IMG/VR virus record: IMGVR_UViG_3300039149_000010
Location: 1 to 51,522 of that record
Length of the DNA stretch: 51,522 bases
Source of the DNA: a virus
Taxonomy: Duplodnaviria > Caudoviricetes
Strand: one strand, 5' to 3'
In this document: positions 1 to 8,019 of the stretch, in pieces
Layout of the letters: each line of letters starts with the position of its first letter
Numbering within the stretch: the first letter of the stretch is position 1
Position numbers and translations under genes: made by a program
The notes under the pieces: generated by a model
What the model saw: only the letters and a program-made list of their open reading frames with translations
Database searches by the model: none
Told to the model about the DNA's origin: nothing

Positions 1-127
1 GTTTATTTGCACACCCTTTTCACCGAGGTATTGATAGCATGTGTTTTTATCCCAATGTCGAATGAGATTTGCCCAATAATTTTGATTGCGGCCTTCCTGT
101 TGGATGTCCTGATTATCTAGCTTAAAC
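1..127. repeat. Terminal direct repeat (copy 1), circular-assembly overlap
   Basis: Bases 1-127 are identical to 51396-51522, and a reading frame continues across the join. Confidence 0.95.
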
Positions 128-570
128 ATCCGGTTTTCGCTTTCACTGGAACGCGCTCCATTAATCAGCAGGATACGCCGCCCCCGTTTGCGCTGGCGAA
201 AGTTTTTGGAAATTAGTTTGCGAAAATACTCGGCCTTCAGAATGTGATAGGCGTAAGCGTGGGCTCTTTCCCCACGCCCTAAAAATCCTTTGCGTAGGAC
301 ATAGCGTTCATAGGCATCCCCGGCATTGGCCTCATAGTACGGGTAGGGCTGCTTGGCTGCCCATTGGCGTACCCAGTCAGTAGTCTCTGGGATACCTGTA
401 CCGGTCACAACATGGGCAATGCCTGAAATCGACACGCCCAATTCGCGCGCTACGGTGTAGGCCGTCAAGCTATCTGAGCCGCCGGATACCATAACCAGAA
501 TAGCGTAAGGGTTAAGGTTGGCAATGGCGCGTTGGATTATTGACTGACTTTGTTCTATAGTCTCATTCAT
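1..570 (-). CDS. PAPS-reductase-family protein, N-terminal part (continues at 51395..51129; about 278 aa in total)
   Basis: Translated by hand from the ATG at 570, which overlaps the upstream stop as ATGA: MNETIEQSQSIIQRAIANLNPYAILVMVSGGSDSL... It has the SGGxDS PP-loop and the GARSSES (GxRxxES) motif, and is in frame with ORF 51129..51407 (SGECMCG). Confidence 0.85.
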   Translation of the reverse strand, partial: MNETIEQSQSIIQRAIANLNPYAILVMVSGGSDSLTAYTVARELGVSISGIAHVVTGTGIPETTDWVRQWAAKQPYPYYEANAGDAYERYVLRKGFLGRGERAHAYAYHILKAEYFRKLISKNFRQRKRGRRILLINGARSSESENRMFKLDNQDIQQEGRNQNYWANLIRHWDKNTCYQYLGEKGVQIN

Positions 571-749
571 GCGATTTTCCTCCATTCGTGGGTCGTCATT
601 TCGACCCCATCGTAACTCTCCACTACGACCCACCGCTGCCCGTTTCGGTCAATCCCGACTGACCGCGTGACAACCAGGATGCACGTCGCCAACTGCACGC
701 GCTCCATTAGTCGGGTTTTCAGGTAGGTGATTAGCCGGGGCGGTGTCAT
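567..749 (-). CDS. Hypothetical protein, 60 aa
   Basis: GGAG RBS upstream; ATGA-coupled to the next gene. Confidence 0.6.
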   Translation of the reverse strand: MTPPRLITYLKTRLMERVQLATCILVVTRSVGIDRNGQRWVVVESYDGVEMTTHEWRKIA

Positions 750-760
750 GCGTTGCGCTC

Positions 761-2542
761 CTAGAATACCGTGTCTTTACCCACTGCAATAGGCATTGGG
801 TTTTGTTCGGGTACAGCTTCTGCCTCTTGCCAATTGAAAAATCCGATACCCCCTTTGAAACGTAACGGGATATGCTCGTTCCCAACATACCGATAACGGT
901 GTTTACCCACATAAAGTAGGGCCTTGCCTGCTGGATACTGTTCAGTTAAATCACGCTGTCTGGTGTCTTTCATATCAATCATATTTCGGGAAACATAATA
1001 ATGATGATAGTACAGCGGAATAACTATATCTGCGTCCTCTTCGATTGAACCGCTGCCCTTGCCATCATGAATGGTCGGAATTTTACTTGCTCGGCCGTCC
1101 ATCTTGCGTCCGATTTGAGATGTCCCAACGACAACCAATCCGGTAGTTCGCGCCAAGTCCTGAAGCGTATTGCTTACTTTGGTGGTGGTGTCGTAAATGC
1201 CATTTTTACTGCTGGTCTTTAGACGACTGATACTATCAATCATCAACCATTGAATCGGTAATTGTTGCTGCCATCGCTTAACCCACGTAACAATACTATC
1301 CACGTCAGGAGAGCCACCGTCATAAATGCGAGATAGCGATGGCTCAAGTAATTCCTGCTTTTCGCGTACCCGTTTCAATTCTTGTGCGCTGCATGTCCCT
1401 TCGATAATCTTTTCAATCGGAACACGGGCGGCATAGGCTACCATTCTATCGAACCAAATTTCGGGCGGTGTTTCGGTTGTCACCCATAACCCCGGCGCTT
1501 GCCAGAGGAACGCCATTGAAATAGACACGGCTAATGTACTCTTGCCCATGCCCGTAGCACCTAGAATGGTGTGGATTCGGTGTGGGCGAAATGTACCCAA
1601 CGCTTCATCCAATGCGTTAATGTGAGAGAATAACCCCGTTTTGATGACACGGCCTTTAAGGGTCTGCCGTGCCAACACCTGAATGGGAATAGACACCTCA
1701 TCGGTCGGAAGTTCTGTAGCCCGTTTCCGCAATTCCGACAGGCTGCTTTCCAGATAGAGTGTGCAGAAGTCGGCCAAGTCCTGAGAGCCGTCTAGCTTCA
1801 TGTCTACCCGCTTGGCATGGGGCAATTGTTCCAGCCACTTGCCCGCCGTCTTATTGCCCTTTTCATCGTCTTCCAGGCAGATGTAAATCGCGCCCGACCA
1901 TTTGCTTTGGAGTTCTGCAAGGTTGCTTTCGCTTAACGGATTTTCGCCGCCCTCTTGCGCCGCCGCCGGTACACCGTAATGCTGAGCGACCACCACCGAA
2001 GCCGCACCGTTGCACAATACCAGCGCCGGTGGGTTATCCTTTATGGCTCTATCCAACCCATACCAGCACGGACTAAAACCAGTCTGCGAGGTGAAGCGCT
2101 TTTCGTTGCTATCGCCGTCGATGAAACGGTAACGAAACCATTGTTTGCCGCTGGCATCAGTGACGGGATAACGCAAACATGGACGTTCCTGGTAGGTAAT
2201 TTTTTCCCACCCGGCCTTACTGTACACCTCCGGCTTTACCCCATGCGCTTGGGCGTAATCGGCTAAATCGGCGTAAGCGCGTTTACTGGTGGTTTCGGGC
2301 GTGCTGCCGTTGACCGGTAGTTCAATGCCCAACTTCGTAGCCAATTCGTATAGGCTGCCACTCTCGCCCGACACCTTGTCGTCATAGCAGCCGTGTTCAC
2401 CGTCGTCTATTTTGAGGGTCAATCCCAGACTGTCACTCCCAACACTCCATGGACGGTTGGCCCGGTATTGGTCTGTACCATCCTTGCGCAGTTTGAACGA
2501 TTGCAACGCGGCTAAAACTTTGTCAGCAGTGGTGTTATTCAT
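761..2542 (-). CDS. Primase-helicase (Toprim-like N-terminus plus DnaB/SF4 helicase)
   Basis: Walker A GATGMGKST, Walker B LMIDSI, SQIGR and GSGSIEEDADIVI DnaB motifs; Toprim-like WYGL...LVLCNG...EDDEKG. Confidence 0.88.
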   Translation of the reverse strand: MNNTTADKVLAALQSFKLRKDGTDQYRANRPWSVGSDSLGLTLKIDDGEHGCYDDKVSGESGSLYELATKLGIELPVNGSTPETTSKRAYADLADYAQAHGVKPEVYSKAGWEKITYQERPCLRYPVTDASGKQWFRYRFIDGDSNEKRFTSQTGFSPCWYGLDRAIKDNPPALVLCNGAASVVVAQHYGVPAAAQEGGENPLSESNLAELQSKWSGAIYICLEDDEKGNKTAGKWLEQLPHAKRVDMKLDGSQDLADFCTLYLESSLSELRKRATELPTDEVSIPIQVLARQTLKGRVIKTGLFSHINALDEALGTFRPHRIHTILGATGMGKSTLAVSISMAFLWQAPGLWVTTETPPEIWFDRMVAYAARVPIEKIIEGTCSAQELKRVREKQELLEPSLSRIYDGGSPDVDSIVTWVKRWQQQLPIQWLMIDSISRLKTSSKNGIYDTTTKVSNTLQDLARTTGLVVVGTSQIGRKMDGRASKIPTIHDGKGSGSIEEDADIVIPLYYHHYYVSRNMIDMKDTRQRDLTEQYPAGKALLYVGKHRYRYVGNEHIPLRFKGGIGFFNWQEAEAVPEQNPMPIAVGKDTVF

Positions 2543-3848
2543 ACGGATTCCCCATTAAGGCAAACACGCTGCCCTCTGGCGCTCCATTTCGACTGGACTT
2601 GCGCCGCACATCTGGCATCCCTTTCCCTTGCCATTCCATCACCCAACTTTGCACGGTTTCCACACTGCGTAAGTCACATCCTGGACAACGCCCTTGATAC
2701 CATTCCCAGAATACAAGTAATTGGTCGGGATGGGTTAACGGTTCAACCAAATTGTATTTTGCATACCCGTCTTTGCCGGTGCTACGCAAAACGTTTACAA
2801 TGCGTCCGTTTCGGAAACCGGCCTCTTTGGTCGTAGCCTTAACCGCATCGTACCATCTATCCTGCCAATGCTTCGCCTCAGAAATGTTCCCCGGCGCAAG
2901 GGGCTTCTTGTACTGTGCTTTCGGCGTTTCATCGGTTGGCTTTACTGCCGCCACAACATCGTCCAATGCATCACCCCATGCAATCACCCCCCGTTCAAGC
3001 AAATCATCAACATAAGCGCGGGCTGCTATCGGGTCGCCACTAAACGAATGCCCCGACATTGACGCGAGGCGGTCTGCTGCGCTGTAATTCCATGTTTGCG
3101 GATTTGAAACCATGTACGCATTGTATAGCAATTCCCACTCATTCTTTTTTCGCCGTGCAGTTATCAATTCACCGTCCATGTTTTCGATAGGCATAAGACG
3201 AAAAGAATATTTCCCGCTGGTAAACACATGCTTATCAGGCACTTTATCACTGTACACCCAATAACCGCCATTAGCCTCATAAGCGAATTTGGTGAAGCCC
3301 GGTAGGTTTTCGTAAAATACCTTGCGGATGAAATCACTATCCAAATCATTGACCGGCGTTGCTATCGGACTATCCAATTCACCAAAGGGCTGCCCCTTAA
3401 CATCGGTTGGTTTTTCAGCATTGGATTGCACCGCATCGCCAGAGGCGATAGAGTCTTTTATCTTTGTTGACGGTTCTAAGGACGGTTCGGGTGACATCTG
3501 GGTGTCAGGGGTAGGGGTGACATCCTTAGTGTCAGGGGTGACATCTATGTCGGGGGTCTGTTCTGACTTGTATGGTGGGCGTAATGGCGCGTTTTCAAAG
3601 GCCGTACAATAGATAGTTGTCTTACCCGGTCGTCGCTTTTGAATCTTCAGTATATCCTTTTTGAGAAGCGACTTAATTAACCGCTGGATAGTACGTTCTG
3701 AATAGCCTGTTTTCCATGCAATCAACCCGACACTGGGCCAGATGTTTTCTCCTAAGTGGTCGGCGTGGTCAGTCATCGCCAACAATACCAGTTGCTCATT
3801 CGTTGGCAGGTCTAAATCCCAGACTTGCCCCATAATTTTACCACTCAT
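2535..3848 (-). CDS. Replication initiator with N-terminal winged HTH
   Basis: LVLLAMTDHAD...WPSVGLIAWKTGYSERTIQRLIKSL is typical of phage Rep HTH domains. AGGGAG RBS precedes the ATG at 3848. Internal iterons; adjacent to the helicase. Confidence 0.8.
   Translation of the reverse strand: MSGKIMGQVWDLDLPTNEQLVLLAMTDHADHLGENIWPSVGLIAWKTGYSERTIQRLIKSLLKKDILKIQKRRPGKTTIYCTAFENAPLRPPYKSEQTPDIDVTPDTKDVTPTPDTQMSPEPSLEPSTKIKDSIASGDAVQSNAEKPTDVKGQPFGELDSPIATPVNDLDSDFIRKVFYENLPGFTKFAYEANGGYWVYSDKVPDKHVFTSGKYSFRLMPIENMDGELITARRKKNEWELLYNAYMVSNPQTWNYSAADRLASMSGHSFSGDPIAARAYVDDLLERGVIAWGDALDDVVAAVKPTDETPKAQYKKPLAPGNISEAKHWQDRWYDAVKATTKEAGFRNGRIVNVLRSTGKDGYAKYNLVEPLTHPDQLLVFWEWYQGRCPGCDLRSVETVQSWVMEWQGKGMPDVRRKSSRNGAPEGSVFALMGNPYE
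3489..3557. repeat. Iterons, probable replication origin inside the initiator gene
   Basis: Three GGGTGACATC copies (3489, 3515, 3536), each followed by TGTCA/TGTCG GGGG, forming short TGACA...TGTCA palindromes just after the HTH-coding region, as in lambda O-type genes. Confidence 0.7.
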
Positions 3849-3868
3849 AGTTAGCTCCCTGTTCCATA

Positions 3869-3998
3869 GGTACAAAAAACCCCGTCTAACGGTGGGCGCT
3901 TTTGGGCATTTGGTAGTGTCCGGCAGGGTGGACAATTCCCGAAAGCACGCCCCGTTAAAGGGGGTTTACATCCCTGCCTAGCTATAGCGCTACCAACG
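3869..3998 (-). promoter_or_regulatory. Structured attenuator-like 5' leader of the initiator gene
   Basis: Interleaved complementary segments a-b-a'-b' ending in a U6 tract (see findings). Confidence 0.6.
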
Positions 3999-4012
3999 CT
4001 TTTACACCTCCA

Positions 4013-4088
4013 ATACTACCACCAACACCCCCCAAATGCAAGTTACAAATTTGTTTCATGGGCGTTGGCGGTCGGTTGGGCAAGGGAC
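4013..4088 (-). promoter_or_regulatory. Sigma70-type promoter within a 76-bp direct repeat (copy 1; copy 2 at 5033-5108)
   Basis: Minus strand TTGCAT-N17-TAGTAT with extended TG; 73/76 identical to copy 2. Confidence 0.75.
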
Positions 4089-4101
4089 ATCGGACTAGCG
4101 C

Positions 4102-4416
4102 TCACGTTTCATCGTCTGGTGCGAAATGAGTTAACCTGGTTTCCCAATAGTGCAGATTTTTCTCAAATCGGACAACTTTCTTGTTTTCATCGAAATATAC
4201 ATTCAGCAGAAAATTATCAGCCAGTGAACGTAACGCATGGGTCAGGGTATCTGGGCCAATGTCTGCATGAAACCGATACTCATTATCCGCATTCTCGACT
4301 GTCCAATCCGTTAGGCCATGCTCATCTAAAATAATCTCGGTGATTTGGCGCAGTGTAATATGCCGAAACGATTTCATACGCGGGATTGTCAGATTGACAA
4401 TTGATTGTTCACTCAT
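4102..4416 (-). CDS. Hypothetical protein
   Basis: GGAGG RBS before the ATG at 4416 (MSEQSIV). Confidence 0.65.
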   Translation of the reverse strand: MSEQSIVNLTIPRMKSFRHITLRQITEIILDEHGLTDWTVENADNEYRFHADIGPDTLTHALRSLADNFLLNVYFDENKKVVRFEKNLHYWETRLTHFAPDDET

Positions 4417-4423
4417 GATATTC

Positions 4424-4471
4424 CTCCATTCACCAGGGTACAAAAAAACCCACTTTCACCGGGACATTTCG
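4424..4471. repeat. 48-bp direct repeat (copy 2 at 4879-4926)
   Basis: 44/48 identical; the two copies bound the 142-aa ORF. Confidence 0.85.
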
Positions 4472-4884
4472 CCCTTATGATAATGCTTTGCTATAGTCTT
4501 TCCTTTTGGGGTTATTCGATAGAATGTCCTAAATATTGCAGATTCCATCGTTAACAAATCAGCATTAACCAATTGGTTGAGAATTGTCATATTGCCATAT
4601 TCAAATTGTTTAGGCATTCCGTTCCGCAACCAATGCAAGTATTCCAAATGAGTATTCGGAATGGTTTCGGTAATGATGTAATCAACAATAGACTTGTCTT
4701 GGAGATTACCTGAATGCGAATGCCATTGGGCATTATGAATGTCACGAGACCAGAATATGGCATTCCTACATAAGGATTGGGCTTTTTCTAAGGTCTTGCA
4801 AATTCCCAGCAAAGTACGATATGGCCTTTTTGGGCCTAAATACGTGGCTTCAACTTCGTATTGGAAAATCAATATCAACTCCAT
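4456..4884 (-). CDS. Hypothetical protein with a possible C-terminal wHTH-like segment
   Basis: 142-aa ORF; C-terminal YRITPKG motif. Confidence 0.6.
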   Translation of the reverse strand: MELILIFQYEVEATYLGPKRPYRTLLGICKTLEKAQSLCRNAIFWSRDIHNAQWHSHSGNLQDKSIVDYIITETIPNTHLEYLHWLRNGMPKQFEYGNMTILNQLVNADLLTMESAIFRTFYRITPKGKTIAKHYHKGEMSR

Positions 4885-4896
4885 TCACTAGGGTAC

Positions 4897-5016
4897 AAAA
4901 AAGCCCACTTTAGCCGGGACATTTCGGGTCAGAGTGGCTGCCACACGTCAGCCATTCCGAAATGCAACCCCGCTAAAAAGGGCTTTCTCTGTGTGGTTCA
5001 TGGGCTCTGACACCCG
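4897..5016 (-). promoter_or_regulatory. Second structured attenuator-like leader
   Basis: Same a-b-a'-b'-U6 architecture as 3869-3998 with a different sequence. Confidence 0.6.
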
Positions 5017-5032
5017 TCTTACGCGCTCATTT

Positions 5033-5108
5033 ATACTACCACCAACACCCCCAAAACGCAAGTTACAAATTTGTTTCATGGGCGTTGGCGGTCGGTTGGG
5101 CATGGGAC
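5033..5108 (-). promoter_or_regulatory. Sigma70-type promoter within the 76-bp direct repeat (copy 2)
   Basis: Minus strand TTGCGT-N17-TAGTAT. Confidence 0.75.
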
Positions 5109-5114
5109 TAGGTA

Positions 5115-5402
5115 TCACAATTCAACATCGTCTTCACTTGGTTCAAATTCCAGCATAAAGGAAACTTTGAGGCGCTTTGCGTAGCGACCCTCATTATCGT
5201 AGGTAACTGTCCATTTGACCGGGCTGAGTGTGAAAGTAACGGGGTCTGGTAATTTAAGCGCCATAAAGATGGTTTCAGCGAGGTACTTGAAAATATACCG
5301 CATGACAAACAAATTTACATCGGGTATACTCCCCGGCTTCACGGTAAAGATCGAAAATGGTTTTGCTCCCTTTTCCTGGTCAACTGACATTATTTCCTCC
5401 AT
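5115..5402 (-). CDS. Hypothetical protein
   Basis: ORF in the operon; GGAGG precedes an internal ATG. Confidence 0.55.
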   Translation of the reverse strand: MEEIMSVDQEKGAKPFSIFTVKPGSIPDVNLFVMRYIFKYLAETIFMALKLPDPVTFTLSPVKWTVTYDNEGRYAKRLKVSFMLEFEPSEDDVEL

Positions 5403-5410
5403 AGATACAA

Positions 5411-5740
5411 TTACCGTTTATCCCCGTCGCCCTGGATTGTCCCCCGGCGTTGGCGGTCGGTTAGCTTGTCCAGGTTGTTTTGGGCGATGTCGTCTAAATC
5501 CAATCCGAGTTCAGTTGCCAGTGCTGCGCAGTACCAGAGAATATCCCCAATTTCATCAGCAATCGCTCCCCGGCAATCCAGGGTGCGGACATCCCCGCGC
5601 AAAACCTTTTTGACCTTATTTGCCACTTCCCCGGATTCACCTACCAGCCCCAGCGCAGCATAGGCTAACCCGGCGTTTTGCCCTTGTCCGGGGTAAATGG
5701 CGGTCTCTTGAGATTTGTCCTGATAATTAAGTAGGTTCAT
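5411..5740 (-). CDS. MazG-like nucleoside triphosphate pyrophosphohydrolase
   Basis: LGLVGESGEVANKVKK...DEIGDILWY...NLDKL..R..RG.I.GDGDKR signature. Confidence 0.92.
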   Translation of the reverse strand: MNLLNYQDKSQETAIYPGQGQNAGLAYAALGLVGESGEVANKVKKVLRGDVRTLDCRGAIADEIGDILWYCAALATELGLDLDDIAQNNLDKLTDRQRRGTIQGDGDKR

Positions 5741-5991
5741 TATTCGCCTTTCGCTTCAAAGTGCATAAACACGACCATCTGGTCGTCAACCCACTCGGTA
5801 TGCATAACCAGTTGATGGGTTGCGATAAATTCGCGGTATTGGTTCAGGGCACGGTGCATAACATCCGCTGGGCAAATGCGTACTTCAGTAGCGCCCGATT
5901 CGGAACAGGCGATTAAAATCACATCGCTTCTCCCGTCCCAGTCGGATAAGCTGGCAATAGACGGGATTTTATTTGGGTCTGGGTCGCTCAT
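5740..5991 (-). CDS. Hypothetical protein
   Basis: Translationally coupled to both neighbours. Confidence 0.65.
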   Translation of the reverse strand: MSDPDPNKIPSIASLSDWDGRSDVILIACSESGATEVRICPADVMHRALNQYREFIATHQLVMHTEWVDDQMVVFMHFEAKGE

Positions 5992-6509
5992 AAGTCCTCT
6001 TTCGCTTCTGCCAGTTCAAATTCCAGCACCCACACCGCCGGGTTGTCTGTCCAACGTGTACCGGGGTTGGTGTGAATGGTATCCCAAATCTCGGCGTAGG
6101 CATCCCGTCGTAAGCCAATGTCGAATCCGAATTGAATCGCACCGGCTAATGTACCGGCAGCCTGGACATTAACTGGCAACTCAATCCCCTCTGCAATCGC
6201 GTCCGCTTCGGTGATGTCCTGTACATACTCTTGGCGAATGCCGGTGAGCCGAATACGGGCAATCTGCTTTTTCCCGCGCCCCGGCTGGACGGCATAAGTA
6301 CGCCCGACAGCCCATTTGATTCGTAAATCGCCGGTATACACGCCACTAAAAACCGCGCTGATTTTTTTGGGTGGGATAATGCAACGTAAGTCCGGCCACT
6401 CCATTGCATCATAGGCTAGTGTTTTATCGTCCGTATGGTTTTCAGATACCAGTCGCCGCGTCTGCGTCTTTCTGCCTGATAACACGTCCTGCCACTGTTT
6501 GAATATCAT
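5988..6509 (-). CDS. ASCH-like domain protein
   Basis: GRKTQTRR...VQDITEADAIAEG...WTDNPAVWVLEF, a typical phage ASCH-like family pattern. Confidence 0.8.
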   Translation of the reverse strand: MIFKQWQDVLSGRKTQTRRLVSENHTDDKTLAYDAMEWPDLRCIIPPKKISAVFSGVYTGDLRIKWAVGRTYAVQPGRGKKQIARIRLTGIRQEYVQDITEADAIAEGIELPVNVQAAGTLAGAIQFGFDIGLRRDAYAEIWDTIHTNPGTRWTDNPAVWVLEFELAEAKEDL

Positions 6510-6640
6510 ATTCTCTCCTATCCATTCCGCCTACGCGGAAAATAAACGCCCTGGTAGCCCCCGATGGCTCTGCTCATACCACGCACCGTCACGTCTCAAA
6601 TGCGATAGTGGTCATCAGCAATTCCAGGGCGGTGATGCAT

Positions 6641-6725
6641 TGGAAATGGGCGGAATCGAACCGCCGTCCAGGTGGGCGCTTAATCGCACTAAGCCTCTGC
6701 CCACCTGTCGAATCCTGTCATTCCC
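6641..6725 (-). ncRNA. Miniature tmRNA-like RNA (tRNA-like domain only, alanine identity)
   Basis: Acceptor stem GGGAATG/CATTTCC with G3-U70 and discriminator A; stemless D-loop ACAGGATTCGA; helix CAGGTGGGC/GCCCACCTG; GAC linker; T-arm GGCGG-TTCGATT-CCGCC; no anticodon loop; CCA not encoded. Confidence 0.8.
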
Positions 6726-7027
6726 TAGTGCTCCACTTGCCCGACCTTGACTGGTTTGTACTCACTGTCGAGTTGCACCGGGATAGGCGCGGGTAGTTCC
6801 AATCGCTTGTTGTGAGGCCACTCAAAGTCCAGTCCGCAAGAGTCGAATACATCCTGACTTTCAGAGTACATTAATCTTGAGCCTTCCTTACCGTCTTTAT
6901 CTTTGAAATGCAGTGTCCAGCGATCACGTAGGAACTTACCCCGGCTATCCTTACCCCGGCTACGGTGGCTAATGGCATGAACGTCAACCCACTGAGCTAA
7001 CGTTGCCCCTGCTATGTCGTCACTCAA
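6725..7027 (-). CDS. Hypothetical protein
   Basis: 100-aa ORF overlapping the upstream stop; its TAG shares the first base of the RNA. Confidence 0.65.
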   Translation of the reverse strand: MSDDIAGATLAQWVDVHAISHRSRGKDSRGKFLRDRWTLHFKDKDGKEGSRLMYSESQDVFDSCGLDFEWPHNKRLELPAPIPVQLDSEYKPVKVGQVEH

Positions 7028-8019
7028 AAAGGGACATCTTCATCAGCGCCCCCGTTGCCTTTGGCCTTTGCTGGCGATTCATCTTTGTATTGGTTGTAGG
7101 CTACCAATACGTCCCACGCCTGTTGGATGGTTTTATCGTATTTGTACCAGTCATCGAATGAGGTGATAGGCGCGCCATTGTCCATAGCGGCAGTCAAAAC
7201 AGTGAACGTCATTGGCTCGTCTAGCAAGAAATCTTTGAAAGCGCGGTGGAGTAAAATCGCTTCTATCGCCCTGTATCCTGCCATATCCATACTGAGTGTA
7301 CCATCTTCAAGAAGGTTCTTGATTGTGCCGCGCCGATGGAAAGAGTCTTTGTCATCGGGATACATAAATGCGATAACTTCGGTCAGACCTTTAGTGTCTA
7401 ACGATGGATGTTGATTGCCGTCTGCTTGTGCCGGTTCGCTTTTAAGCTTTCCGTTCCCATTGGCTGGCGCAGGATTAATTGGCATCCGCTTGCTGGTACG
7501 TGGCGGGGCATCCTGTGGTGCGTGGCCATAAGTTTGGCTGTACCACGCGGCAAACTTATTTTTCGCCTCATTTTCCCGGCTACGGTGTTCATCCCAATCA
7601 TTCTCAGCATATCCAGCCGTGTACAGGTCAACACCCTCGTTGATATACGCACCAAATCCCCATACACTGGCTACACGTCTAAAGGTATCGGTCATCGCGC
7701 CTTTTTCCAGGTTTTCCGGGTCTTTCTGGGTGTTGTAGCTAGCGCTCTGTCCGCCATTGAAAGACCGTGACATTCCACGTATAGTCAAAGTTGCTGTGAT
7801 ATTGGCGTAACCATCACCCCGATAAATTTCGTCAACCGAAAATTCCCACTCACCAGGGAACAATTCATCTAACCGGCGCTGAATTGCGAACCGGTCAAGA
7901 TAAACAAACCAACGTACTCGCGTCCCGGCTTTGTTTTTGAATCCTTCCCGAATGCTGTGGGCTTCCAGTGGAAACGGGGCATATATAGATTGAATTTCGT
8001 TTTGGGTAAAAGCACTCAT
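7024..8019 (-). CDS. Rad52/Rad22-like single-strand annealing protein (Sak-like)
   Basis: YLD...IQRRLDELFPGEWEF...EKGAMTDTFRRVASVWGFGAYI motif; acidic DEDVPF tail. Confidence 0.85.
   Translation of the reverse strand: MSAFTQNEIQSIYAPFPLEAHSIREGFKNKAGTRVRWFVYLDRFAIQRRLDELFPGEWEFSVDEIYRGDGYANITATLTIRGMSRSFNGGQSASYNTQKDPENLEKGAMTDTFRRVASVWGFGAYINEGVDLYTAGYAENDWDEHRSRENEAKNKFAAWYSQTYGHAPQDAPPRTSKRMPINPAPANGNGKLKSEPAQADGNQHPSLDTKGLTEVIAFMYPDDKDSFHRRGTIKNLLEDGTLSMDMAGYRAIEAILLHRAFKDFLLDEPMTFTVLTAAMDNGAPITSFDDWYKYDKTIQQAWDVLVAYNQYKDESPAKAKGNGGADEDVPF

Noticed and set aside
6596-6619. ADDHYRI-stop as a displaced tmRNA tag reading frame
   Set aside because: Only a superficial resemblance. It lacks the Ala-Ala end and the usual upstream resume signal, and it lies outside the tRNA-like domain.
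6641-6725. Ordinary tRNA gene
   Set aside because: No D-stem and no 7-nt anticodon loop; the features match the tmRNA tRNA-like domain instead.
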